A stretch of DNA of 64,000 bases, from positions 1,738,001 to 1,802,000 of the forward strand of contig NW_024704742.1 of assembly GCF_018977255.1 (NCBI RefSeq). Reading direction: 5' to 3'. Positions within the stretch are counted from its first letter, which is position 1. Each line of letters begins with the position of its first letter. Made by a program: the position numbers and the translations under genes. The notes under the pieces are model-generated. The model saw nothing but the letters and a program-made list of their open reading frames with translations, was not told where the DNA came from and made no database searches. Source of the stretch: Callorhinchus milii. Lineage: Eukaryota. Shown here piece after piece: positions 12,495 through 24,736 of this stretch.

Positions 12495-13280
12495 GAAAAC
12501 AAAGTAGATCACATATTGTCATTATGTCCAGCCCTGGCTCAATCTGAATATCTGATCAGGTATAATAATGCAGCTAAATATATACACTGGACAATCTGCA
12601 AATACTTTGATCTTGATGTAAAGACCAACTGGTATGAACATCAACCAGCATGTGACATTGAAAAATAACACCACAATAATCACAAGTACACACAGGTAGA
12701 ACAGTGATCTGTAACAAACTAGATATTATCACAAAGGACCAAATAGATTCTACGTGTATTATTGATGCGGTTACAACTGTGTAATTATCACCTGGGTTCA
12801 ATTCCAGGCAGGTCAGGGCGAAACCTTGGGCAAGTTTCCTTACTCCACACGCCTAATAATAATCCCTCCAAAACAAAACACAATAGTAAATTGGTTATTT
12901 TCAATCCACGGCTGTTTGTGAGACGCTGCTGTGCGCAATTGGCCTCCGCCTTTCGCCTTCAAATATACTGTCAATTCACTTTACAGCATATTCTGTGAAG
13001 CGCTTTGAGACGTCGAGAAGACATGAAAAGCGCTATATCAAATGCAAGGATTATTATTATTAGAACTGAAGAAACAAGGAACAAGAGAAGATCAGGACGT
13101 ATATCGATCTACAAGTTGAATGTGGACATGTAAGGCAGTATGAAACAAACAGTTCCTATCGTCATTGCGGCAACTGGGGCTGTCAACAAGACTATTCAAA
13201 AATGGCTTGGCAAAATATCAACCTCCCGTAAAAAAGTAGCTAGTTTAGGAAGTTCAAGCATATTAAGAAAATTTACATCC
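12495..13280 (+). mobile_element. Decayed R4/Dong-clade (RLE-type) non-LTR retrotransposon C-terminal region, interrupted by a SINE at 12791-13061
   Basis: Manual translation: ENKVDHILSLCPALAQSEYLIRYNNAAKYIHWTICKYFDLDVKTNWYEHQP / HTGRTVICNKLDIITKDQIDSTCIIDAV / KEQEKIRTYIDLQVE / TVPIVIAATGAV / KVASLGSSSILRKF. This gives the second half of a CCHC knuckle, RHN-like and WYEH motifs, a degenerate NRPDI..D core, and EKxxKY and VPIVIGALG-like motifs. Confidence 0.8.
12791..13061 (+). mobile_element. Deu-domain SINE, short (internally deleted) subfamily, 5'-truncated near the B box
   Basis: cctgggttcaattcc (B box)...gggcgaaaccttgggcaagtttccttactccacacgcct|aataataatccc...(TTA)n tail. Confidence 0.9.
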
Positions 13281-13999
13281 GTTCAAGTGTTATTGGTCTG
13301 GCTGACCCATCATTGAAAGCTTAGACAATGTGAGTTCAAGTCCTTACATGGAGACAGACGGTAGCGTTACCACACATTTGGAGATTGGGAGGAACAAGAG
13401 TATAAAGGTCAGAGGACCAACAACCACAAGGAGGGTTGATAAAATGGCCAAAAACAAGGAGCAGCGTGGAACCAAGAGAGCAAGACCGATTTGGAAGATA
13501 TTGGGTTTGAACCCACAGCTCCTGATGCAGCAAATTGTTACTTATAGCTAAGCTGTCGGAGAATAGCACAACAGAAACCACGTGATTCTTCAGAGGAAGT
13601 TAAGGGAAATCACCAGCTTTCTTCATAACTATGGGCTACTCTTCAAGTGTCCATCTATCAAACAGCCTTTGCTTCGTGTTTGTGACACCAAAGGAAGGAA
13701 AGAGCCTAAACCTAGGGAAAAATTAGATGGTGTGGTGGAAATAATTACTAATATTAAGAATTTAAAATGGTATAATATCTCCTAAATAATAAAACAAGAT
13801 TGAAAATCAGTTTCTTTCTGTGAATTAATGAGTGCAATATGTGGTGACTTCCAACGGGATTCTTCAGGAGGGAAACCAAAAGCACTTAACCTTGACCTGT
13901 ACTCCGATGCGCTCTACAGTTGGAACTAAGTTCTCACCGAGTGCACTTTCAGTTAACGGAAAGAGATTCCTTTTTAATAATCATATAAGATTCTTACAT

Positions 14000-14250
14000 T
14001 TGATATTGCGCTTTTCTTGCCGGGGTGGGTGAGGGGGGGGGAATGTCTCAAAGCACTTCACGAGATATATTGTACAGTGCGGTGACTGTGTATTTTGGAG
14101 CCAAACACAGCGACCAATTTATGCGCACAGCAATACCCCACAAACAGCCATGAAGTGAGCGACCAATATTACCAGGGGATTTCTTGGCCAGGGCACTGGG
14201 AGAAACTCCATTCTCTTTTTGAATAGGGCCATGGGATCTTTGGCATCCAT
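14000..14250 (-). mobile_element. Older SacSINE1-like DeuSINE remnant
   Basis: Reverse complement contains gccaaagatcccatggccctattcaaaaagagaatggagtttctcccagtgccctggcc...ggctgtttgtggggtattgctgtgcgcataaattgg. Confidence 0.75.
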
Positions 14251-14261
14251 CCCAATAAAGG

Positions 14262-14475
14262 TCAGTAATATTTTAAATGGGACTGAGAAAATAAACTCAG
14301 AACAATACTTGTGTTTGTGCCCAGACAGTAGAACAAGAGCACACAGGTTTAGAGTTGCAAGGGACAATTTCAGGACAAATGCCAGGAACTATTTGTTTCA
14401 ATACCTTGAACAGGTATTAAATCAATAACTGGAACAGATTACCAGGAAGGTTGAATTGAGGACTCATTTCAGGAA
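14262..14475 (+). mobile_element. CR1 LINE ORF2 C-terminal fragment
   Basis: NILNGTEKINSEQYL...SRTRAHRFRVARDNFRTNARNYLF...WNRLP is CR1-like (TRGH...R..FF...WN.LP); related pieces at 18800-19080 and 24590-24736. Confidence 0.7.
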
Positions 14476-14585
14476 TAGCTTTGTGCTGTGATGAGAGGAT
14501 TGTAGGGTGGGTATTCTGGAAGGATGAGATCAAATTGGTTTCATCTGAACTAATCTTGCGAACTATACAATGCTCGTAACTGGCG

Positions 14586-14900
14586 GGGCGAAATGTTGTG
14601 CAAGTTTCCTTACTCCACACGCCTCCGTTCCGTTTCCCTAGCAGTAAGTAGGAACCCGGTCGTTAGTTAATTGACTGATCGCTTTTCCGGGCATAATCAT
14701 TCTTCGCGGAAAAAAAAATAATAATTTGGTCACTCAATCCACAACTGTTTGTGGGACGCTGCTGTGTGCAATTGGCTGCCGAGTTTTGCCCACAAAATAT
14801 ACGGTCAATTCACTTTGCAGTCTTTTCTGTGAAGCGCTTTGAGACGTCGAGAAGTCGTGAAAAGCGCTATATCAAATGCAAGGATCATTATTATTATTAT
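14586..14900 (+). mobile_element. Young Deu-domain SINE (long subfamily), tRNA head missing
   Basis: gggcgaaatgttgtgcaagtttccttactccacacgcc...gcagtaagtaggaacccgg...ctgtttgtgggacgctgctgtgtgcaattggctgcc...ggatcattattattatt. Confidence 0.9.
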
Positions 14901-15400
14901 AACCAAAATTTGATCCAACCTTTTAAGTCTTAAGATGAAAGAAATCACCGGCAAATGGATAGAACAGATGGAAGTAAATTGCAGTCTAACGAATCGTTTT
15001 GCCAATGGTAAAACTAAACGTGTCATGTGGTGATGAAAAATATCCCACCGATAGGCAATTAATCTTCAGGCGGTTGTCGTTTTGTGTGGATTAGATGAAG
15101 ATGACAATGATTAATTACAAAACATAAAGCAAGATTCTTTAAGTAATTGCTGCATATTTTGATGTTAAGGCTGATTAAAGGTACACTGGTTATGAAAAAA
15201 ACTGATTTAATTGGAAATTAATTTACAGCTTAAAAAACTGACAGGCTGTCATTGGATCATAGAACCGTGGATATTTACAGTGCAGAAGGAGGCCATTCGG
15301 CCCATTGAGTTTGTACTGACTCTCAGAGCAAGGTCTTTCAATCCCACTGCCCTGCCCTTTCCTCATACCACTTCAAGTCTCTATCTTTCAATGAGAGATG

Positions 15401-15403
<3 letters not shown>

Positions 15404-15431
<28 letters not shown>
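15404..15431. repeat. (TA)n microsatellite
   Basis: Perfect TA run read directly. Confidence 0.9.
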
Positions 15432-15434
<3 letters not shown>

Positions 15435-17639
15435 TCTACATCTCTTCTACGTACTGAAGGGATGGGATCTCTCCAAGGAATTAATATCCGCTGCTTTTTT
15501 GGGGGTCGTGTGTTTCACTATATTGTGGGGAAATCCCCAATCCTTTTATCTCGCTTAAGGATTGCTCATATCATCATGTGCGTTCCCAGTTGGACCTGAT
15601 CGTGTCACTGGATAATGACCACTAGGACCCCAGCCCACAGTTTCCACCTCTGCCAAGTCTCTTGTGTATAAATCTCATATTCATTCGCTTTTACAGATTG
15701 ATTTATAAATTAGATATCGTGCTAACTACAGAGGTCGTGCAGATAGATCAATGTCTTGGCATTGGAAGAGACTATTTGGGCAGCTCATTGCCCCAGAAAC
15801 ATGCTGTTTAATAGCTGCCCTGCTTCTAACATAATGATTGTTTTGCCACGAGTACTCATTGCGGGCTGCACAGTGGCAGTTTGTGCCCAGGTTATCTTTA
15901 GAAAGAGAGAGCAAAGAGGCTTGCTGATAGTTGCTTTTGCTTTCCTGCGGAATTTCTGTCCCACTGTTAATTGGATAATTGTAGGCAAACTTGTCTCTCA
16001 ATTAAACAGATTGGAGGCCTATTTCTTTCCACGTTTCTTTCCACACCATTGCACGTGCAATGCCCTTGCCTCAGGCCTACAGAGCAATTGTCTATTCTCA
16101 AGGTAGTTATCACCCTCCTGTGTATGCTTGTGATGCAGTAGGACTCTACACGGACTCCAAAGCTTGTATTTTAATGCTGCCTGACCTGCTGAGTGTTCCC
16201 AGCGTTTTCTGTTCTTGCTTATATTTTAATGTACTGCCTTTGTCTATATATATTAGATCTTGGATCTCTAGGACTGATTGTGTGGGTTATGAGGATCAAG
16301 CTCAAGAGATGCTCTATTGCTCCATTCCGTTTATACTAATTAATGTAATAAATACTGCAATTATTCACGGTGACTCCTGAAATTATGTGTAATAGGTGCT
16401 GACATTTCTATTCTCTGTATCAGAGAGGTATAGAAATTCGGTTTCTAAGTGGTGTTTCAATGCAGCACTCGAGAGTGCTGAATTGTCAGAGTTTCAGCCC
16501 TTCAAATGAGATGTAAAGCTGAGTTCTTCTCTGCCTTTTCCTCACATTGACGTTAAAAATGCCATAGCACAAATCTCAAAACAGAAACAAGGGCGTATCT
16601 CTTGGTGAGCATGCGGTCTTGAACCCACAACCTTGTGACCCTGAAGCAATCAATGGTTCTGGCGAACTGAGCCAAGCCAATGTGTAAACTGACCAGAGTG
16701 GGCCAAATGAGAGTGAAAGTAGTTTTGTGAGTCTGTGGGTTTATTATGGATTTTGGTAGAAGGAGTATCAGAGGTAGAGAGGGTAGAGGTCGAGATGGAC
16801 CAAGTCAAAGTGCAGGTTAGCTGGTAGTAAGAGACAGAGCCAACTTCTCCTGGTCAGAGTGAGAGCAAGGTACAGGCTCTCTATCAAACCTGTAGTTCAC
16901 TGGATACATTTGCTGTAGAGTATTTTTTTGTTCAGGAATGGAAAAGATTAAATGATCATCGAAGTTCAGTTATACATTGTCTTATAGCAGTAAAGCTGTA
17001 GACTGTATAGCAGAGAAATAGGAAGCGCTTTGAAATGTCTCAACGATGTGATAAGGCACTATATCAAATGGAAGGATTATTATTATATGATCAGCCCAAC
17101 TAGTTTATGCTTTACATGAGTCTTTTATACATATCCGAATCCTCTCCGATCTCCCTCCCTCCCTCTATTCCTTGTCCCTTGTGTGTCTGTGTGTAAGTTT
17201 CCTGTAAAGTGCAGAACTAATCCTGACTCTCAGGATAGATTTCCTTTTGTGGGTGTTTGTTTTTTTCTTTCGATGATGATGAAAGTTGGAGAATTAAAAA
17301 TGCTAATGTTATTTATTACACTTGAATTTCCTGTCACTGTTGTGTCACAGTAACGTAATTATGAATGATAGTACTCGTGTGTTGCAGTCACACTGGGCAC
17401 TCTGTGATTACTGGAATACAAATAACTTCTGTGTTTCAGTTCAGCTCATAGCTTCCCGATGGACCATCCTCATAGCTAACCTATTGAAGCGTGCATCAAT
17501 GAAATTGATCGAACCCTTGACAATAGTTTTTTTTTTTGGCAGGTTTCGATTTTACAGCACCCATCTCATTTATTTCAGCAGGCAACGCGAACAATTTCCG
17601 TAGTGCCCTTCATTTCGAGGAGCTTCAGGCTGCTGATTT

Positions 17640-17870
17640 GGAGTCTGAAACCAGGGGGCTGGGAGAGAGGAGGCACGGAAAGGGAAGAGTGGGCAGAGCG
17701 TCGACAAAGATGGCGGGTTTTGAAAGCGGGGAGTGAGGAGATGAGGCAGTGGGGGTGGGGGTTGGAAACTCGTAGCTGCATTTCCCGAGAGCCGGGGTCA
17801 GAATGGTTGAGACGTCTGCGACGCCGTCCGGCGTGGAGGGCGCTATATAAATCCATGTTGTTGTTGTTGA
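17640..17870 (-). mobile_element. L2 LINE 3' end with (CAA/TTG)n-type tail sequence; partly rearranged
   Basis: 17640-17740 is the reverse complement of L2 3' text (ggcagagcgtcgacaaagatggcgggttttgaaagcggggagtgagg). 17800-17868 is a + oriented tail, gggcgctatataaatccatgttgttgttg. Confidence 0.5.
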
Positions 17871-18514
17871 AGTTGATGACTCGGCGACCGATGGTATGGC
17901 GAATCAAGCAAGGGATGTGAAGCAGTTTGCTTTGACTGCAGCTTCTGCTGACCTCTGAAAGCTGTGCACTTTTCAAGGCATCGTAACCACCCTTCCTGCC
18001 CCCGAGCATCAAATCTTCCCGCTGCAATAGGTGAATCTGTGGCATGACGCATGTGTGATCTAAACATCAAGTGGTAATAATCTTTGTCAATATGACGGTG
18101 CTAATGGTTAATCAATAGAATATTGCACCAGTTGTATTACGTTCCTGGGTTTACCACTTTCAGGAGAAATGCCTCGTAATTCACTCTGGCCTATGCTGCT
18201 CATGAATTATTGACGCGTCACAGTCTTATCATTTGAATACTGTTTATTCTGGGTTTTAAAGAGCTGTACAGAATAAAAATAAAAAAACAAGTAAGCATCA
18301 ATAACGGTTGAACCCAAAGTCTTCAAGCTTCCATGAAGCAAGCCTGTTTAGCCCCTTATTTTACACCTAAAGCACCCCACAGTTGAAAGGAGTCGACTAT
18401 TTTGCAAGTTTTTAGCAAAAAGTATATTTGTAGGTGCAGTTTAATGCACAGTGCACACCGAGTGACTTGCATCGCGATTTAAGTGAGAGTGCGAGAGGGA
18501 TGAGTCAATTACAT

Positions 18515-18733
18515 GTTATTAATCGATAGGCTTTTCCGGGGGTAATAATCCCTTCAAAAACCAAAATATAATAATAATTTGGTCACTCAATCCACGACTG
18601 ATTGTGGGACGCAATTGGCTGTTGCTTTTCGCCCGCGAAATATAGTCGATTCACTTTACAGTATATTCTGTGAAGCGCTTTGAGACGTCTCGAAGACGTG
18701 ATAAGGCGCTTTATCAAATGCAAGGATTATTAT
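18515..18733 (+). mobile_element. 5'-truncated young Deu-domain SINE
   Basis: gcttttccgggggtaataatcccttcaaaaa...aattcactttacagtatattctgtgaagcgctttgagacgtctcgaagacgtgataaggcgc...caaggattattat. Confidence 0.9.
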
Positions 18734-19247
18734 GATCTTTGCAGAACAACTTGATAAGGTAGAACTTGTTCAGTCTTCAAAAGAGTTGTCTCAGAAGGGA
18801 CCTCATAGAGGTAATGCAAGATGCTGAAAGAGACAGAGAAACTAAATTCCAAATAAAGGTAATTTTAGTAATAAGAGAAGACTCAAAAGCCAATTTTTGT
18901 TTAAGCCTTTAAGGCAATAAACAGAATGTATTTCACATGGAAGGTAATTAATGTCTGGAAAGGATTACCGAGAAGATTTACAGAGGACAGGATACCAGAA
19001 TGCTTTAAGAAAGCTGTATAGGAAAGAAAGTAGACTGAGCATCGTGGGATGATGAGCTGGCGAACCTTGTTCATCTCTACCTCTCTTTAGATTTTAATAT
19101 TGAATGATGTTGACAGTGGTTGCCAATAGTTTCAATAGTTTGCGTTTCAAACAGTGGATGCTATTGAGAATGCAACGCTGCATTGGTCTTACTGCCCTGT
19201 TCCCATTTGGCAGATGTTTTATGCATTCAAACGCTTATGGCGATATC

Positions 19248-19351
19248 AAACAAAAACAGACGTGGCTGGGAACACACAGCAGGTCAGGCAGCATCTTCGG
19301 AGAAAGGAAAGTGACTCAACGTTTCGGGTCCGAGACCCTTCGTCAGAACTG
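19248..19351 (-). mobile_element. Penelope-like element pseudo-LTR fragment
   Basis: gctgggaacacacagcaggtcaggcagcatc...aacgtttcgggtccgagacccttcgtcagaact; homologous copies at 16178-16218, 40147-40236, 61585-61715 and 63207-63370. Confidence 0.7.
19314..19350 (-). ncRNA. Minimal type I hammerhead ribozyme motif (Penelope-associated)
   Basis: The minus strand reads AGUU-CUGACGA-A-GGGUC-UCG-GACCC-GAAAC-GUU-GAGU: CUGANGA box, 5-bp helix II, GAAA box, palindromic AACGUU helix III and a GUU triplet. Helix I has one mismatch in this copy. Confidence 0.65.
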
Positions 19352-22300
19352 AGTCAATCCTTAGAGTGCAGGGGAAGGGAGAGCCATATTTTTCAGCTGG
19401 TTGTATATTTGAATTGTTTTCTTAATGTATAAAGGTTAACTGTAACCAAGGCCTTCAAAAACTACAGGCGCACACTGATATCCAATCAATAACCCATTTC
19501 ATATGGTAACGTTTGCCATTCTCCTGTCTGAATGCATGACAATTATGCACACTTAGCGGGCAGGAAGACAGATCTGCAATAGATGGACTGCTCTAACATT
19601 GATCAATGCAGTCTGTTCCTGTAGTTGCTTCTTTCACCTGGGTCCATTTAACTTATAGTCTGTGAATATGCAATCTTTCAGAACCAGGAAGTATGATGAA
19701 GCAGGCACTATAGATTCTGCAGCTCTTACAGTCGTAAACCAGTGATTTCAAAAACGTCTGAGGAATAAAGCAAATGAAATCATTGAGGGTAGATCCGTTG
19801 AAAAAAAAATCCCTTTGGCTGTTTATACTTCTGCGGCATTTAGAAAATAAAGATCTCAGTGCGTATGTGAATCTCTTGAAGTGATTCATTTCATCAGGAC
19901 ATGAAACTTGTGCATCGAGGAACTTGCTTACCTTGCAAGCCATTCTGTGTAGAACGATTCAGATTGCACACTTAATTTGAGCTGTAGCTTGTTCGTTTCC
20001 AATTAGCATCGTTTATCGACTGAACAAAGTGTTGATACAGTTATGATGACCCCGATTTAGCGCAGTGCTGTTAAATACCATAAACTGGAAAGCACTTCCC
20101 TCACACAAGCGGGGCAGAGCCTGAAAACCTGTCGCAAACCTTCTTTGATGCAATCTTTTTGTAAACGCAGAGCAGCTTCAACTTCCACTCCATTTGGAGC
20201 CGTAATTGGCCTTCGGGATTCAATCTGTTTACACCGCACGAGGTCGATTCCACCGCACTGGCCGCGACAGGCAACTGCGTGTCATGTATGTCCTGAAGTC
20301 GCAAGCCCGGTACGGTGACTTTCGTTGCTGCTCGTTGAGCTGCGTGCGATGAAGAGTTTTGTGTTCGGGTCCTGAAAGCTCAGCCCAGAAAAAAGGGGCA
20401 GTCAGCGCTGGTGTCTGCGGCAAACATCTCTGTTGACTCCCTGCAACACTATTTAGCTTCCCCAGCGTGTCGTCCTCTTATTGAACTTCAAGACAGCCGC
20501 CCGGGTTATCAATCCTGTTATAAAATGTCATTTTAGACCGCCCTCCCCCCCCCCCCCACTCTACTCGTAAGTTGAGGCACGCCCTCAGCTCTGTGAGCTA
20601 AAGCCCTAATGGAGAATCCTAGAGCTCTAAAAATTGACGGCACAGAAGACGGCCATTTGGTCCATTGCATCTGTACCGGCTTTTTTAAGAGCAATCCTTT
20701 TAGTGCCGTTTACCTGCCTTATCCCTGTATCTCGTGTGTGTTTTGAGAATTCTACATTTAATGGTCCTTGCCAGGATAAGTGATCTTAGTTGGCAAGCAC
20801 CGTTAAATGTAGCATTCTCAAATACAATTCTTCTGAAGTTAAGCTCGACACTTTAAAATATGCCACTCTAACTACACTCGGACTATGTTTCATTCTGGGC
20901 ATCGCACCACACACAAATATATATATTTGCTTCCTGTAAAGATATATTAGAGAAAGATTTTAGTTCAGAAAGAAGAGGATTAAGCAAGGAAATGTTCTCA
21001 TGGTACAGTTAAGTGCTGATAAAAAATAATAATTCTTGCATTTGATGTAGCGCCTTTCATATCGGGATGTTCTGTAAAGTGCAATGAGACTAATATAGCA
21101 GTCAGTGTGTTAATTATTCTGCATCATTGTTTTGAACGGGTGAGCTGAGAGCTATTATTAAATATTTGAGCGGGCCACTATTTTCTAAACGATTAGATAT
21201 CTTAATCGGTCAATACAAAATGTCAGCCCAGATGCCTGCAGTAACAAAGCAACACATCTTCAGCATTGCATTGGAGCACCAGCAGAGACGATGAACTTGT
21301 GCCCATGGATTATTGCTATCTCCCAATATGTGCTATTGGGACGCTAGCGATCACATAAGAACACGTTTTACTTGCCTGACAGAAGAGAATATCAGAACTG
21401 AAACCCAGGTATTATTGCTCTTTGGAGCTGAGATGCACTGAAGCAAGAACAGCACACACCATGGATCTGAATCAGAATGGTCATTCCAATATAAATGCTG
21501 CACTAATAGGCTTCCTTTGGAGAGACTGCAGATCTTAGGATAATTGCACAGTGATATCTGTAAAGTTTTATGAAGGCTAATTAGGTTTCTGTTTTTTTTT
21601 TGATTGGTGATTAGGTTACAGCAAGCTGCTGCAGTCCATCTGAAAGAGCTACTATTATCATTACATTCTAATGAGGACGTACTATATATGATTGAGTGGT
21701 ACCTACAGTGGAAAAGGGAACGTGGCCTGCTGATTCAAGCGCAAAGTGACAGTCTGGTGTTTGAACTAATCCAGAGTCTCTTTTCCTTGCTGGCGCCAAT
21801 TCATTCCGCAAGTGCTCTCGAAAGTGATTAAGTGATTGAAAGTGATGCGTTTCCTTGCTATTTTTAAATCCCTTTTTCTAATTCATAATTTGCAATTTAA
21901 ATTTTTGCACCAGGTTACGTGTGTGTACGGCTAATGTCTGCACTGTTGGAGGGCTGAGACCCCAGATTTTATGTTCGGTGGGACAGGCCTTTGCTGGACT
22001 ATACTTTGTTGTGATTTGAGGCTCTCACTGTTGAAATTCCCACAGATTCTTCTTTGGTTTCATTGCTTGACGACTGGTTATTACTTAAGGTCCTTTGCCA
22101 TACCAGGCAATGCTGGTGCTACAATCTGGTTTAAGCTGTTAGATCTCGGACATAGATATACAAGAGGGTTATGTGCTTTCTGAGATAATATCGCTGTTGA
22201 TTGGGTTTTCCTATTTCATGCTTTCATATGTTTGCCCGCAAAACACAGTCACTCCACTTTAAAGTACAATACTGTGAAACAATTTGAGACATCCTTCTGA

Positions 22301-23834
22301 CATGAAAGGCACTAAATCAAACGCAAGGATTATCATTATTATTATTATGACAGCTATTCTTATTATTAATCGTTATGTTTACTCCACGTTGCCTGCGCCA
22401 GGTTGTCCTCGGTTGCTGATCTCTTAACTGATCATCATGCCTCGACTGTTCAGGTTTAGGGAATGTTCCTCCGGGAGTTCCATTCACTTCATCACTTCGG
22501 GAATCCAGTTTGTGAAGTTTGCAAAGGGATTTGTAAAATCGAGGAAAAAGGTTTGATTATTTTAAATATTATTTTAATCAAACGCTTGATTATTTAAAAT
22601 GTCTTTTTTTGCCAATCCCACATCCCTGTGTTCCGAAATGTGCATTTGCTTCTTTAGGTGAAATCCTGTTAAAATGTTTCCTTTTGAAGATCCCGTGTTA
22701 TGTCGTTACGCTGACGGATATGGTTAGACATTTACATGTCTTTTGTGGCCAGTGAAGGCTGATTTACTTTCCGCGCCCTCCCACCCCCCCCTCGCTCTCA
22801 TCATGTTTGATGTAATAAATCCTGACCTGACTGACAAATTTAGTAATCAATTGAAGCACGAAAGGATGGACTCCGGGGAGTCTGGAAGTATCTTAATGCT
22901 CACATGTTTAGCGGGACCTGTCAATGGGATGAAGTGAATGCTAACTAGTGCCTCCATCATGTCAACTGTGTCAAATATCAAACCGCCTGCAAGGTGCCTG
23001 CACAAAACTGAGCGTTGCAACTTACTTCATGGCAGGGCGCGTGAGCTGTCACTTGCAGCCACCGCCCTATTCTGTGCCTCTGACTGTATCTGCATCAATG
23101 GGCGCTGTTCGTTTCTGGAGATATCAGAGCACCCGATTTGTGTAATATTGGACTTCGTTCCAATTTGCAAAAAAAAAGCGACCGCTTCGCTGGCCGGAAA
23201 AGACTCAAACTCTACGTGGAACCATGTCTGTCGGGACGAGCGTATCACATGGAATCTTTGAAATGAAACAATTTAAAAGATTTCATGTTTAAGAAGAAAA
23301 CAACAACAACAAGATTCCATTTATTGAGCGCCTTTCACGTCGGGAGGACGTCCCAAGGCGCTGGAAAAGCAAGTATATATTTCAGGCCGAAAGAACGGAA
23401 TGATTAAACCTCACTGGAGTCTCAGCCTCAATTAGAAGAGTAGATCCTGATGTTGGTGGGGTGGTGGGCGGGGGGGGGATGGCATGAATCCACCACTCGC
23501 CGGGTCGAACTGCTATTCACCCCATTTAAAAGAGCGTCCTGCTTGATTTTTGAGTGCAGAACAGTGGTTTGCAACCAGAAGTTTTAACTAACCTTCCCCA
23601 GTCGCAAGTTGAATGCGTGAGAGGGAGTTTATTTAAGAAAAAAAAGAAGCACTGCAGAAGTTCATTAGTTTGATTGGTACTTGTCTAAAGTGTATGAATC
23701 CTCAACGGGCTGGAAGGGATCATAGAATGTTATGGCACATACACAGGGCATTCAGCCAACTGTCCTGCTGCTCTTCTCCACATCAGCCACCTCGTCTAAT
23801 CCTCGTTCTACTGACTCCATGCACCTCTTGTCAG

Positions 23835-23928
23835 CCATCACCGTTGCTTAAGAGCATCCAAACCAAGCTGAGGACTCCATGTATCCCACCTACACATGGA
23901 AATTCCAGAGACAGATTGTTGGAATGGT

Positions 23929-23970
<42 letters not shown>

Positions 23971-24075
23971 ACAGACAGCTTACCTAATTCCGTAGAGTAT
24001 TAGGCGCAGGTTGAGCGAGAGCCAAGGCTTGGGGGGGAGCCAATGCAAATCTGCGTGGAACACCAATTGCTGGAT
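23835..24075 (+). repeat. Unclassified interspersed repeat with internal (CT)n expansion (23934-23967)
   Basis: gcttaagagcatccaaaccaagctgaggactccatgtatcccacctacacatggaaattccagagacag...ttacctaattccgtagagtattaggcgcaggttgagcgagagccaaggcttgggg recurs in inverted orientation at 33405-33630 and 47940-48150. Confidence 0.8.
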
Positions 24076-24736
24076 CTTCCTCGTAAAGGAGCGCGATGTT
24101 ATTCATGGTGTTGACCTTTCCTGTATTAATAAATCTTGATGATCATCCCCCTGCCTGTCCGCACAAAATGAACAGAACATTCAATGTCCTTCGTACTGCT
24201 GATTGTTACCATGGAGCATGGAACAAAATGCACGTTGCCTTTGACAAAACACAGCAGGTTGTCCTTAGTGATGAGAGTTGCTGTGTTTGTTTTGTTCTGG
24301 GAGTGGAGCAATGGCAAGAATAAGAAAAAAAGTCAATGAAGCGTGCCCCTATGCATTTTCGGTATTAGATTTCTGGTCGTGATGGAGTTTGCTGTTGCAG
24401 TGTCTTTTTTTGCGCACTGTGTAATAACGTTGAATGAATACTCTTAAGCTCTGAATAAGTCCATTTAAGGCCGGGGTCTGCAGACTGTGGCTCAAATAAA
24501 AATACATGTCAGAATCCAGTTGCAGTATTTCCGGTATTGAACTCACTCAGAAGCTCAATATGCTTCTACAATTACAGCTTTCAACCCATGGGATTGCAAA
24601 AGTAAACCCAGAACAATACATAAGGGGCACCAAGACACCAGAACAAGAGGACAGACATTTATCACAAAGGACAATTTCAGGACAGACACCAGGAAGCTTT
24701 TCTTTAATCAGAGGGTAATTAATGATTGGAACAGGT

